A stretch of 20,000 nucleotides of DNA from an uncultured virus (IMG/VR IMGVR_UViG_3300020577_006910) (IMGVR_UViG_3300020577_006910); one strand, 5' to 3'. Shown: positions 1 through 9,198, counted from the stretch's first letter. Numbers and translations are program-made. Notes: a model not told the origin generated them from the sequence alone.

Positions 1-540
1 TCTGGCAAGCAGATACTCGTCTTTTGAATCTACGCTAGCCATCAAGATGTTTCTAAATAAAACATCGCACTTTTTCCAGGTATGCGTGTAACCAGTGTAC
101 CCCGCTGATTTTTTAGTCAGCGTATCCCACAAGTCATATGGAACAGCTGTTGGCTCTCCGTAGCTGCCGACACGTAAATACCTGCCATCTAACCAAGAAA
201 AATCAACTAATTTTGAATATTTACCTTTTTTAAATGTTTTGTATATATTGAGCGGAGCTTGCCCTATGTTTACATAACAACTTCTATCTTTACCGTTACC
301 GGTGCCACGATGTCTGCAGTCTCCACACACTGAAGCATCTTGTTCAGTCTTGACTGCTTCAACTGGATTTACGTCTGATCGTAATATCCATGTTTGAATC
401 ATAGGTCCGGTTTTAGTATTAGAGGTTTTAAGCGTAGCTATACAGACAATTGGTGCGCCGTCTAATTGAGATGGTCCTTCATACAGGATCACTCCACCAG
501 AGGCGTGATTATTGTTTAATACATGAAGACTTAAAGACAT
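1..540 (-). CDS. Conserved phage Cys-rich protein, GP88/DUF7227-like (possible Fe-S/radical-SAM-like fold); 3' end runs off the window
   Basis: Not in the ORF track; translated by hand from ATG at 540, open to base 1: MSLSLHVLNNNHASGGVILYEGPSQLDGAPIVCIATLKTSNTKTGPMIQTWILRSD...SVCGDCRHR...CYV...RVGSYGEPTAVP...TGYTHTW...MASVD. The SNxKTG, CGDC, CY and GYTH motifs match my recollection of this phage family. Confidence 0.65.
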   Translation of the reverse strand, partial: MSLSLHVLNNNHASGGVILYEGPSQLDGAPIVCIATLKTSNTKTGPMIQTWILRSDVNPVEAVKTEQDASVCGDCRHRGTGNGKDRSCYVNIGQAPLNIYKTFKKGKYSKLVDFSWLDGRYLRVGSYGEPTAVPYDLWDTLTKKSAGYTGYTHTWKKCDVLFRNILMASVDSKDEYLLAR

Positions 541-577
541 AAAGCACCAAGTAATTATTAATATAAATTCAAAAGAA

Positions 578-2728
578 TTACAAAGAAATTACATAAGGAG
601 CATATGTTTTTAATTTATCTTCATGCGTGACTACGAGCATCTGAATATTTTTAGATGTAGTGTATGTCTGTAAATTTGTAAATAGGTCTGCTACTCTATC
701 AAGATGATCGCTGTCCAATCCGTAGGTAGGCTCATCCAGCGCTATAAAACCTACAGACTGATTAAACAAACTACTTACTGTAAGTAAAAACGATAGAGCT
801 AAGCAGCAACGCTGTCCACCACTTAACTGTTCAGTTATGGCTGATTGATTATTTGAAAATTTAACTTGAATAGTAGAATCAGCTAATAATTCAACTGTAA
901 ACGGTACGTCGAGTTGAGATAGCAGCTGATTCCAGCTGGCATTAAGTCTAGAAAAATATACGCTTGCTAAAGCTTGAGGAAGTTTGGTAGGGTGTAAAGC
1001 TTGCTTGATTTGCTCCAAACAACCGCAATAACTTTCAATTACATTGCGTTGTTTAAGTGTTTTATGTAGCGTCTCTAATCTTGCATTAATTGACGGTAAT
1101 AGTTTTTGCTCTAAAGCATTTAACTCTGCCTCTGCAAGACTTAATTGTTTTATCTCAGCCCTACAAACAGCCAACTCTGTTTCTAACTTAATTAAGTTAG
1201 TTTGACTTAGTTTTGTTTCTTTTTGAATTAAGCCAGATAAATGTGTTGTAATGTGTTCTATAGCTGCGTTTGTAGCAGATAGTTCTTTGTCTAAAGTATT
1301 TAAATTATTTAATAGCTCATCTACATTTTGCAGTTGTTTATCTAAATAAGCAAGTTTGTCTTGAATAACAGCTATTTCATTATTTAATTGCGTTTCGTCT
1401 AAATCCTTAAACGCAGCTAATTGCGCATCTAGTCCATCTAGCTTTTGCTTTAAACCGATCTCTTGCGTCAGCAGACTTACAAGCTTTGTGTAGTATTCGT
1501 AGATTTTTGTCGTGTTATTGACAGCTTGCGTATAAGTGTTTACGGCAAAAGTTGCCTTTTCTACTAAGTCAGATAAGTGTAAATGTTCTGTACCTTTAAT
1601 TACTGTATCTGTACCGCAAGTTGGACAGACGCCATCTTTAAAGCTAGTCAGTTTTGCCTGCTCTATAGATAAATTTAAAGCAGCTTCTTGTTTTACTTTT
1701 AGCGCTTCAGCTTGTTTAGCGGTAGCTTCGCTGTACGTTATGTACGAACCGTGCACAGCTACAATTTCAGAATGCTTAGCAGTACACTCGGTAACAGCTT
1801 CTGAGCGTCTAGTTAGCAGTTCTTTTTGCTTAGCTATTTGAGTTAATTTTTGTCTACACGTAGATAAAGCTACGGACTCAGCTATTTTTTCCTTAGCCAA
1901 GTGTTCTCTAGTTAAACAGTTTGATACGTTTTCAGCTACAGCAGATTTTTGCAAAGTTAGGTTGTTTAATTTAGTCTGCAGAGTTTCAGCTGTTTTAAGT
2001 GACGCAGATAGCCCTGTTGCCGGATTATTTAGATCGGCAGCTATACTGTGGCATGTAATTACTATTTGTTGCAGACTTGTCTCAGTGGAGCGTAATACAT
2101 CTAAAGAATGCCCCTTAAGTTCAGCGTTTAGTACATCTACGCGTTTAACTGCGTCAGAGTGTTCAGCTGTTAACTTCGAGAGATCCTCTAGTACCATACC
2201 ATTTAACTTACCGGTATAAAAATTTAATTCTGTTGTAGCTAAAGCATATATAGCTTGAAATCTATCGGTACCAAGTAATTTATGTAACATAACATTACGC
2301 TCACTTGGGCGAGCGTCTAATATAGCTGTAGTATCACCTTGTTTTACAAATACAAAATTATCGGATAAATTTTTTGCGGCCCCAAGTAAATCATTTATAC
2401 AAGCGTCTATGTCACTTAACTTAGAATAAATCTGACCATCATAGTTCAATAAAGCTTTTGAACTATGTAATTGTCGGGATATGTGCCCTTTTTTACCGTT
2501 GGCCTCGAAGGTCAACTCTACCCTACCCTCATCCGCATCCCATTTTAAAGCCTCTAATTTTTTAACGTTTGGAGTTACGCCGGTCAATACAAACTGTAAA
2601 GCTTTTAATATATTAGATTTACCGGTACCGTTAGGACCTTGTATAACACACAACCCATTATCAGGAAAAGCGATTACTAAATCAGAATGAATGCCGTAAT
2701 TAACTATGTGTAGCTTTTGAAGTTTCAT
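578..2728 (-). CDS. sbcC: SbcC/Rad50/gp46-like SMC-family ATPase (recombination exonuclease subunit)
   Basis: Walker A GPNGTGKS, Q-loop FVKQG, long coiled coil with central Zn-hook CPTC, ABC signature LSGGQ, Walker B/D-loop ALDEP, H-loop VTH. Confidence 0.95.
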   Translation of the reverse strand: MKLQKLHIVNYGIHSDLVIAFPDNGLCVIQGPNGTGKSNILKALQFVLTGVTPNVKKLEALKWDADEGRVELTFEANGKKGHISRQLHSSKALLNYDGQIYSKLSDIDACINDLLGAAKNLSDNFVFVKQGDTTAILDARPSERNVMLHKLLGTDRFQAIYALATTELNFYTGKLNGMVLEDLSKLTAEHSDAVKRVDVLNAELKGHSLDVLRSTETSLQQIVITCHSIAADLNNPATGLSASLKTAETLQTKLNNLTLQKSAVAENVSNCLTREHLAKEKIAESVALSTCRQKLTQIAKQKELLTRRSEAVTECTAKHSEIVAVHGSYITYSEATAKQAEALKVKQEAALNLSIEQAKLTSFKDGVCPTCGTDTVIKGTEHLHLSDLVEKATFAVNTYTQAVNNTTKIYEYYTKLVSLLTQEIGLKQKLDGLDAQLAAFKDLDETQLNNEIAVIQDKLAYLDKQLQNVDELLNNLNTLDKELSATNAAIEHITTHLSGLIQKETKLSQTNLIKLETELAVCRAEIKQLSLAEAELNALEQKLLPSINARLETLHKTLKQRNVIESYCGCLEQIKQALHPTKLPQALASVYFSRLNASWNQLLSQLDVPFTVELLADSTIQVKFSNNQSAITEQLSGGQRCCLALSFLLTVSSLFNQSVGFIALDEPTYGLDSDHLDRVADLFTNLQTYTTSKNIQMLVVTHEDKLKTYAPYVISL

Positions 2729-2730
2729 TA

Positions 2731-3843
2731 TTACAATCCAATAGCTTTTTTATATTGTTCTAGTTGTAATTTGGGATCGTTGTTCATCATGGCTTTTAAA
2801 AAAGCTGCAGCTGCTGGATCTTTTACATAGGAATTAACCAACGTGTCGAGGCTTAAGTCTAATTTGAGTTCGGGTGTAACGTCAGGTGTTTCTGCGTCAA
2901 AAAATGAACTAAACACATGTGCTTTGTTATCTATATAAGTTTTTAATCTATCTAGAGCTTTATTAATAGAACTGGATATCTTTACACTTACAACAGGTGT
3001 AACAATATCAGGATATTTTTGTTTTTTTATCTCATCATCTATAGTAGGTGTGTTTAATTTTGCGTCTAAGTCGCTAAACATCGCCACTAGGTCTGCTTCA
3101 GTACACAAAGTATAATAATAAAAATCTCGTGTAACTAGTTTATGTTGAGTTAAACTGATCTCACCATTTACTTCATTTACAAGGTATACATATTTTTTAG
3201 ATGCCTCTTTTAGAGCTTGTACGCTTGTGCTACCGGGATACGCAAATAGCGTATTACCGTGACGTTCTTGTATATTTACGTGGTAATCACCAAGAAGCAC
3301 TGCGGGTATTTCTTTGGGTACCCAGTTAGCTTTCATATTTACCATTGCGTCAAATTTACAAAAAACATCTAAAAGTTGGTGACCTACCACTATTGTGCTA
3401 GATGGTTTGCTTAAATGAGGCAACAACTCTTTTGCGTAAAACTGCTCTAACTCTGACGGATTACCGCAAAAAGGTACGCCATACAAATAGAAATTATTTA
3501 AACGCGTTTCTTTATTCTGTATATCCAACCCACCTATTACTTTAATCCAATCGTGTTCTTTACTCTTATCATGATTACCAGGTATACCGTAAAAGTTTAA
3601 ACCATTTTTATTTAGAGCACTAACGCCTTGTTTAGCTACGTATACGCTCTCCGCATCAGGGCGAGCTGAATCAAATAAATCCCCGCCATCAACATAATTA
3701 CAATTGTGTTCTACGCATAGTTGAATAGTTTGGTCAAACGATGCATACGCATCACCAAATATAGACGCCCGAGCCGTCCATACGTGCTTTCGTAAATGTT
3801 GATCAGCTCCAAAAATAAATAATAGATTTGGTTGTTTTGGCAT
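2731..3843 (-). CDS. sbcD: SbcD/Mre11/gp47-like metallophosphoesterase nuclease
   Basis: Calcineurin-like motifs ADQH, GGDLFD, GNHD, GHQ, GDYH, YPGS; ends 2 nt upstream of the sbcC-like start. Confidence 0.93.
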   Translation of the reverse strand: MPKQPNLLFIFGADQHLRKHVWTARASIFGDAYASFDQTIQLCVEHNCNYVDGGDLFDSARPDAESVYVAKQGVSALNKNGLNFYGIPGNHDKSKEHDWIKVIGGLDIQNKETRLNNFYLYGVPFCGNPSELEQFYAKELLPHLSKPSSTIVVGHQLLDVFCKFDAMVNMKANWVPKEIPAVLLGDYHVNIQERHGNTLFAYPGSTSVQALKEASKKYVYLVNEVNGEISLTQHKLVTRDFYYYTLCTEADLVAMFSDLDAKLNTPTIDDEIKKQKYPDIVTPVVSVKISSSINKALDRLKTYIDNKAHVFSSFFDAETPDVTPELKLDLSLDTLVNSYVKDPAAAAFLKAMMNNDPKLQLEQYKKAIGL

Positions 3844-3889
3844 AAAGCAAAAGAACGAATTAACGTTACTTTAACTGTCAAACAGGCGA

Positions 3890-4189
3890 TCAGGGAGATA
3901 AGCTTGCAAAAATACGTTTCACATCTTCACGGGATAAAATAATCACGCCGTAAATCGTAAAGCTACTATTAAAAGGGTGCGTAGCTTTATTTATATTATG
4001 CATTAAAAATTTTATCATGTATGGTTTATAGTTAGTGTCAAATAATACATGAGACATATACACGCACTTAATATGGTAGGCAATAGAGGCACTAAAGCTA
4101 AAACCAAACGTTAACATAAACAAACTAGAGCTATTAATATTCATACTACCTGTTCTTAAGTAGTTAAACTTTTTAAAGCAGTAAATCAT
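3890..4189 (-). CDS. YxF-array member 22 (99 aa, MIYCFK...), hypothetical
   Basis: ATG overlaps the upstream member by 17 nt; N-terminal YCF. Confidence 0.65.
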   Translation of the reverse strand: MIYCFKKFNYLRTGSMNINSSSLFMLTFGFSFSASIAYHIKCVYMSHVLFDTNYKPYMIKFLMHNINKATHPFNSSFTIYGVIILSREDVKRIFASLSP

Positions 4190-4511
4190 TTATACGTAGC
4201 TCCGCATCTGCGTGCTCGAACTGCTTCGTAGACATAGAATTAACAAAATAAATTAAAGCGGAAGTTTTTGGTTTACGCCGTAGATTTAAAACTACGTGAC
4301 CATGGTTATTAAATACGTAATATTCGTTATCACTATGGTGCCGCATAGTACGTGGTTTGGTGCTATCTACAAATATAAAACAAAAACAAGTGCTACGCCA
4401 GAAGTAGCCTTTCATGTAGTTAACGCAATAAAACATAAAAAACGTATAATAAAAAGCAGTCTTTCCTGAATAATTGTGGCATTTAAAGACGTAACCAAAA
4501 GGTGCTTTCAT
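4173..4511 (-). CDS. YxF-array member 21 (112 aa, MKAPFGYVFK...), hypothetical
   Basis: ATGA start/stop overlap at 4508-4511; N-terminal YVF. Confidence 0.7.
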   Translation of the reverse strand: MKAPFGYVFKCHNYSGKTAFYYTFFMFYCVNYMKGYFWRSTCFCFIFVDSTKPRTMRHHSDNEYYVFNNHGHVVLNLRRKPKTSALIYFVNSMSTKQFEHADAELRINDLLL

Positions 4512-4975
4512 GTTTTTTGTAAAGAATAAATACCGTATAAGTAATATTCATATGAGACCATGTTAAGTTGAAACTCTCTATTTTTTCTAGAGTATCTCGT
4601 TCGTTGTTTATGTGTGCGATCAAGTACGGTAAGCGCCAAGAACACCTCCTCTTCTGGTACATATGCATGTTTATGTAAATTACGCAACGTCAATATAGAC
4701 AGATTGAGACTAGTGTAAATTAAATAAGTAGAACGTCCCCACATAGTGGAATGTATCGCGTGATCACCGTATTTTTTTGCTTTAATTGAAACAGTTAAAA
4801 AATCCGAAGGATCGGTTTTGTCTTTATAAAACATATAAATAAGACCGTGCAATAAATTAAATATTTTTAACTTTTGATTCGTTAACGCGGGTGTAGTATT
4901 AGGGCGTAGTTTATTCGCTAAATCGTTGTACTCGTCAGATAAAAAGGTGTAGTTTTGACGTGCCTTAGTTTTCAT
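4508..4975 (-). CDS. YxF-array member 20 (155 aa, MKTKARQNYTFL...), hypothetical
   Basis: 11-nt overlap with the upstream member; N-terminal NYTF. Confidence 0.72.
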   Translation of the reverse strand: MKTKARQNYTFLSDEYNDLANKLRPNTTPALTNQKLKIFNLLHGLIYMFYKDKTDPSDFLTVSIKAKKYGDHAIHSTMWGRSTYLIYTSLNLSILTLRNLHKHAYVPEEEVFLALTVLDRTHKQRTRYSRKNREFQLNMVSYEYYLYGIYSLQKT

Positions 4976-5267
4976 ATATAGGGAAACCTGTCGGACAATA
5001 CACCACGTTTATGCTAATTATTTGATCAAAAAACGTACATTTAACACTGTAGCTAAACACCTCCGTGTGTTTACTAATAAAAAATTGAGGTCTAAAAACA
5101 TAAAAACAATAACAACGATAAAAATGAAAAGGTCTACGTTCAACTCCAAATGCAGTAATAGGATAGTTTCCCAGTATCTGCTTTGTTGCAGAAGTAAAAA
5201 ATGTTTGTTCTTTATCAGATAAACAGAATAGATGTTTACTTAGTTTAAAAACATAGTTAATTGTCAT
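4965..5267 (-). CDS. YxF-array member 19 (100 aa, MTINYVFK...), hypothetical
   Basis: ATGA overlap at 5264-5267; N-terminal NYVF. Confidence 0.7.
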   Translation of the reverse strand: MTINYVFKLSKHLFCLSDKEQTFFTSATKQILGNYPITAFGVERRPFHFYRCYCFYVFRPQFFISKHTEVFSYSVKCTFFDQIISINVVYCPTGFPIYEN

Positions 5268-5578
5268 TTTTTTAGCGTTACTTTCAATTTACCGTGATTG
5301 CGTAGCTTTTTTTGTTTTTTTACGTATATATAGTTATTGTTGTTAATGGGCACTGGAGTAACTGCAAAATAGGAAACCATCAAATTTCTGCCAGGACGTA
5401 CACTGAACCGTCTTGTTGAGCGTCCGCCTATATGTACAAAGCAGTACATCTTGCGTGAATAAGGTGGTACATATTTAGAATCAGCGCAGCAAACAGTAAA
5501 CCAGCTAGAACGACGATGTATTCTAGTAAAATATAAAAAGCGTGAATTATCTGGTTTGAAAGAATAGTTAGTTTTTAC
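5264..5578 (-). CDS. YxF-array member 18 (~104 aa, [V]KTNYSFKPD...), probable non-canonical GTA start (track calls a shorter ORF from 5449)
   Basis: Frame is open 43 codons upstream of the ATG at 5449; ccGAGGTGcgct-GTA AAA ACT AAC TAT TCT TTC gives NYSF. The start codon is uncertain. Confidence 0.55.
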   Translation of the reverse strand, partial: VKTNYSFKPDNSRFLYFTRIHRRSSWFTVCCADSKYVPPYSRKMYCFVHIGGRSTRRFSVRPGRNLMVSYFAVTPVPINNNNYIYVKKQKKLRNHGKLKVTLKK

Positions 5579-5898
5579 AGCGCACCTCGGAATACACGAC
5601 GCAGGTTAAAAACTTTTTGTTTGGAATCGGAATACACGACGCAGGTTAAAAACTTTTTGTTTGGAATCGTGATGTCCATATACACCGCGCACTCAAAAAC
5701 TTGAACGTAAAAATCTACGAACATATAAACACAAGAATATTCAGTACGAAAACCAATCGGCAAATTAGTGCAATTAATATGAATGTCATCACTTATGCAC
5801 GAAGACATGTACATTAATGACAAATAAATAAACGAATTTGCGCGTAAAATGCTGTCTAGTTTAGGGTTAAGTTTAAATCTGCTAAAGCTGTACAGCAT
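5575..5898 (-). CDS. YxF-array member 17 (107 aa, MLYSFSRF...), C-terminus altered by a 40-bp duplication
   Basis: Start re-called to ATG 5898, 2 nt after the upstream stop (track start 5934); N-terminal YSF. Confidence 0.65.
   Translation of the reverse strand: MLYSFSRFKLNPKLDSILRANSFIYLSLMYMSSCISDDIHINCTNLPIGFRTEYSCVYMFVDFYVQVFECAVYMDITIPNKKFLTCVVYSDSKQKVFNLRRVFRGAL
5587..5669. repeat. Perfect 40-bp tandem duplication (2 copies plus 3-nt TCG terminal microhomology)
   Basis: tcggaatacacgacgcaggttaaaaactttttgtttggaa at 5587-5626 and 5627-5666, followed by tcg. Confidence 0.97.
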
Positions 5899-5900
5899 AG

Positions 5901-6326
5901 TTAACACACAGGATACTGTAATAGCGGTGGACATTCTACGCTACCAATATTTATGGGCATAGTTGATTTATCAAGAGGTAAACTTACCCAACTGTACGCC
6001 GTAATATCTATAACAAGTTTGTGTGCGTATGGTGTATACGTAAACTTATATTTTGTGTTATTGCGTAACCTAAACACGATAAACTCAACACGATCTCTAC
6101 CGTAAGTTGCCTGTAACATAAAAGCAACGCTTATTACCACAAAGTAATCAGCACGTTTTCCAGTTTTTTTCTGTAAATATTTTAACGTATACCAAGCTAC
6201 ACAATAAGGATTATAGACGTTCACTTGACGTAAAGGGAACAGCTTATCAGCAGTTGTTGTTTTTAAAACACTAAACGATCTGTAGTTAAATAAATAGCGC
6301 ACTTTTGAATTGTTAGCTATCAGCAT
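5901..6326 (-). CDS. YxF-array member 16 (141 aa, MLIANNSKVRYLFN...), hypothetical
   Basis: 14-nt overlap with the upstream member; N-terminal YLF. Confidence 0.72.
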   Translation of the reverse strand: MLIANNSKVRYLFNYRSFSVLKTTTADKLFPLRQVNVYNPYCVAWYTLKYLQKKTGKRADYFVVISVAFMLQATYGRDRVEFIVFRLRNNTKYKFTYTPYAHKLVIDITAYSWVSLPLDKSTMPINIGSVECPPLLQYPVC

Positions 6327-6624
6327 CGGTTTTAATTAAAACGTTTTTCTGAGGTTTTAAATACCAGCTAGATAACAACATAAGACCGTAAAGTTGTGGT
6401 TTTGTATACGTGCAGCTGTAACATTTATTATCGACAGCTTTGATTGTAAATATACAAAAATTAAATAACATATAAATTGCAGGGCAATTAGTATAAACGT
6501 TTATAGCCAATTTGCTTAAATCACGTTTATTAAAAACTTTTTGTGATAATGCATATAATGAAGATGAAAAATTTACAACATCAACAGGCGAGTAATAAGT
6601 AAATCCAAAAGCGTATCGGACTAT
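6313..6624 (-). CDS. YxF-array member 15 (~103 aa, [I]VRYAFGF...), probable ATA start (track calls a shorter ORF from 6510)
   Basis: AGGAG-tcacagt-ATA GTC CGA TAC GCT TTT; in frame with the track ORF; no ATG/GTG/TTG between the upstream TAG TAG and the motif. Confidence 0.6.
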   Translation of the reverse strand: MVRYAFGFTYYSPVDVVNFSSSLYALSQKVFNKRDLSKLAINVYTNCPAIYMLFNFCIFTIKAVDNKCYSCTYTKPQLYGLMLLSSWYLKPQKNVLIKTDADS

Positions 6625-6668
6625 ACTGTGACTCCTGTTCCTTAGTAAACACAGCTACTACAAGCAAA

Positions 6669-7031
6669 CTAACAAAAGTCCGGCAAAAAATAATGACTAA
6701 ACCTATAAGAAGCAACACCTACGATAGATATAAACCCGGTTACGTTATCAAGATCAATACAAAAAGACCACGTGTTTTTTCCTATTTTTAAATTATCTAA
6801 AGGCGTGTGTGGAGTTTTTAGCGGCAAGCTTTTATATATGTACATACGCGAATTAAGTAGACTGATGTTAATAGCCGTATAATGCCTATTACAAGTCCAC
6901 CCAATAAAAGGCGGTCTTACTTTAGGGTTTACATTAAACATGCGAAGCCAGCGTATATTACCTATTGAGACCGCACAATTTGGATCTTCAAGCTCTTTAA
7001 ACACATAACTAGATCTTTTGATGAGTTGCAT
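6669..7031 (-). CDS. YxF-array member 14 (120 aa, MQLIKRSSYVFK...), hypothetical
   Basis: Start re-called to ATG 7031, 1 nt after the upstream stop (track start 7073); N-terminal YVF. Confidence 0.68.
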   Translation of the reverse strand: MQLIKRSSYVFKELEDPNCAVSIGNIRWLRMFNVNPKVRPPFIGWTCNRHYTAINISLLNSRMYIYKSLPLKTPHTPLDNLKIGKNTWSFCIDLDNVTGFISIVGVASYRFSHYFLPDFC

Positions 7032-7032
7032 G

Positions 7033-7317
7033 TTATGTGATCCGTAAACTGGTTGACATTGCATTGAAGGCATGAACTGATGTTACTATATTCAAAGAGC
7101 TGTAGTCTAGATTGTAGTTGTTACCGGGGTAAGTGTATACATACAAATAAAAATACAAACAATGACAATGCCAAGCGGTGTAGTTAGCCCCGCCATGCCC
7201 ATTAATAACACAATTGTTTGTCCAGCGTACGTAACATTTTATCAAAGGTAGAGAATTGGTGTTATTAAAATAAATGTAATGAGGGCTAAACCCATAATAG
7301 CTTTTATTAGCTAGCAT
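7033..7317 (-). CDS. YxF-array member 13 (94 aa, MLANKSYYGFS...), hypothetical
   Basis: 7-nt overlap with the upstream member; N-terminal YGF. Confidence 0.65.
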   Translation of the reverse strand: MLANKSYYGFSPHYIYFNNTNSLPLIKCYVRWTNNCVINGHGGANYTAWHCHCLYFYLYVYTYPGNNYNLDYSSLNIVTSVHAFNAMSTSLRIT

Positions 7318-7493
7318 AGGCGATATTGATATCGATGATTATACATACGCATACGATCTAGAATGACATCAAGATAGTAATATATTAACCATAAAGGTTC
7401 CCACCTATACCATATATAGCTATACGCTACAGGATCTTTAATAAATGCATGACTAAGACTAAAACAATATTTAGGAAAACTGGAGGTTGTCAT
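7311..7493 (-). CDS. YxF-array member 12 (60 aa, MTTSSFPKYCFS...), hypothetical
   Basis: N-terminal YCF; stop overlaps the next start. Confidence 0.6.
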   Translation of the reverse strand: MTTSSFPKYCFSLSHAFIKDPVAYSYIWYRWEPLWLIYYYLDVILDRMRMYNHRYQYRLC

Positions 7494-7524
7494 TCAATGG
7501 GCAGCCAAACGTAGCTACTGAACT

Positions 7525-7854
7525 CTAGTCAAGAAACAATCTATTATTGCGGTTTGTTGAAAACTTAATGAAAGTTACAGACTCTCTGTAAGAAATTTTA
7601 ACGTAATAACTTTCAAGCGTACATAAGTTTAAAGTCATACACCAATCTGGAAAAGTTGGAGGACTACTGTGATTTACAATATACGAACTACCTATATGAA
7701 TCATTAAAGAACTGGGACTATACCAATGGTAAATTCCGTCATACGTTAACCAATCAAAATAAGCACAAAGTAAAAGAAAACAACTTTTTTTAATAGAAGA
7801 GTCGGTGTTGATATATCGTTCTTTATAGGGGAGTGCAAAACAATAGTTAAACAA
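7525..7854 (-). CDS. YxF-array member 11 (109 aa, MFNYCFA..., TTG start), hypothetical
   Basis: GAAAGGA-tgcc-TTG; N-terminal NYCF. Confidence 0.68.
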   Translation of the reverse strand: MFNYCFALPYKERYINTDSSIKKSCFLLLCAYFDWLTYDGIYHWYSPSSLMIHIGSSYIVNHSSPPTFPDWCMTLNLCTLESYYVKISYRESVTFIKFSTNRNNRLFLD

Positions 7855-7882
7855 GGCATCCTTTCAAACGACTGAAGTTAAC

Positions 7883-8107
7883 TTACATAAAAAACATTTC
7901 TATATTAAAAACAAAATTTGGCATTAATACATAAAAATGTATAAATTCCGCAAAAACTATTATCCACACACCTGTGTAGGCACGACTACTGTTAACGGTT
8001 ACAGCAGGAGCATCCCATAGTTTTTTACACGCAAAATTAGCCACTATAACACGATAGTTATATTTACTGTACTCGTTAATCATTGAATTAAAGGTATAGT
8101 TACGCAT
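7883..8107 (-). CDS. YxF-array member 10 (74 aa, MRNYTFN...), hypothetical
   Basis: 8-nt overlap with the upstream member; N-terminal NYTF. Confidence 0.68.
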   Translation of the reverse strand: MRNYTFNSMINEYSKYNYRVIVANFACKKLWDAPAVTVNSSRAYTGVWIIVFAEFIHFYVLMPNFVFNIEMFFM

Positions 8108-8321
8108 TAGCTATTATGTACAGATGTATATCTGTGTCATAATTAAACTTAGCTAAAAAGCCTAACACAACAGGACTGTTAGACGCATAAACGGTATCAC
8201 CATAAAATTTAGCGTAATTTAAACGTTGTAACACATATAAAAAATGTAACGTAGCATCTAGTCTATTTATATGCGTAAGTACAGATGTAATGCGGTGGTT
8301 AAACAAATAGTTATTCAACAA
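8100..8321 (-). CDS. YxF-array member 9 (73 aa, MLNNYLFN..., TTG start at 8321 or 8318), hypothetical
   Basis: AAGGGAG-ctg-TTG-TTG; N-terminal NYLF. Confidence 0.68.
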   Translation of the reverse strand: MLNNYLFNHRITSVLTHINRLDATLHFLYVLQRLNYAKFYGDTVYASNSPVVLGFLAKFNYDTDIHLYIIANA

Positions 8322-8336
8322 CAGCTCCCTTGTGCT

Positions 8337-8555
8337 TTACGTAGAAAACCACCAAACATCTGGTTCGTGCGAGCTTGGTTTAAACACAACTAACTTATAA
8401 ACAGATACATAAGGATTAGCAAAAACACGTACATAATTATAGGTAGAAAATCGCGTCAAGTATAGCAACACATTAAACGGATTGTAGTAAGTATAAGCAA
8501 GATTTGCACCTGAAAGAATACGTGTGTACTTTTTGCTAAATTTGTAGGTCGGCAT
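8337..8555 (-). CDS. YxF-array member 8 (72 aa, MPTYKFS...), hypothetical
   Basis: ATG 8 nt after the upstream stop; N-terminal YKF. Confidence 0.65.
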   Translation of the reverse strand: MPTYKFSKKYTRILSGANLAYTYYNPFNVLLYLTRFSTYNYVRVFANPYVSVYKLVVFKPSSHEPDVWWFST

Positions 8556-8563
8556 ACAAAGAG

Positions 8564-8869
8564 TTAGGTAAACAGATCAACGTAATTATTATGATTAAAA
8601 CTAGTCATATAAGCTTCCACAGTCCAAAAACTAAAAAAAGGTGACTTAGAGATGTAAGTCCGATCACAGAAAAACCTACCTGTAAATAAGATGCCTGCGT
8701 TACGTACAGTTAAAAATACACAACACCGAAAGTCACAATAAGTCATAATTAAATAAAATGTAGGTGTGTACCACTCAATAGGATAGGTACGCCAAAAATC
8801 AAAATAATGAAAAGCTCCGAGCTTAGACTTAAATCTGTAATGATTACCGGGAACAGTTTTGACAGACAT
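8564..8869 (-). CDS. YxF-array member 7 (101 aa, MSVKTVPGNHYRFK...), hypothetical
   Basis: GAGGA-cac-ATG; N-terminal YRF. Confidence 0.7.
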   Translation of the reverse strand: MSVKTVPGNHYRFKSKLGAFHYFDFWRTYPIEWYTPTFYLIMTYCDFRCCVFLTVRNAGILFTGRFFCDRTYISKSPFFSFWTVEAYMTSFNHNNYVDLFT

Positions 8870-8901
8870 GTGTCCTCAGGATGGCCACGTTTAACCAAGC
8901 A

Positions 8902-9198
8902 CTAAAAGTATGGATAATGCAAAGATCCACAGTCTAACACATAATCCACGCGACCTGTCACACAATTTAGTACAGCTAAACGCCAGTTATACAATGCGCT
9001 ATAGACATTACGGTTAATTTCTATGTAGATCTTCGAATACTCTGAATGAGTAGTTATATTACTGTTATAAAAATCTACCTGTCTGCTGTGCCGTCCTGTA
9101 TAACTTAAACAAAAAGCACATTGATTAAAAACAGCTGTATCTTCATATATCGGGGTATATTTTTTATATAAAGGTATAAATGTGTAGATCCGTTTAAT
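8902..9198 (-). CDS. YxF-array member 6 (~98 aa, [I]KRIYTFIPLYKKY...DCGSLHYPYF), probable ATT start; absent from the ORF track
   Basis: Stop-free frame from 9213 to the TAG at 8904-8902 fills the apparent gap; AAAGGAc-gttatcc-ATT AAA CGG ATC TAC ACA TTT; same Y/F/C-rich composition as its neighbours. Confidence 0.6.
   Translation of the reverse strand: MKRIYTFIPLYKKYTPIYEDTAVFNQCAFCLSYTGRHSRQVDFYNSNITTHSEYSKIYIEINRNVYSALYNWRLAVLNCVTGRVDYVLDCGSLHYPYF

Noticed and set aside
1536..2690. Plus-strand ORFs 1536-1841, 1962-2219 and 2481-2690
   Set aside because: Antisense shadows of sbcC with no independent features.
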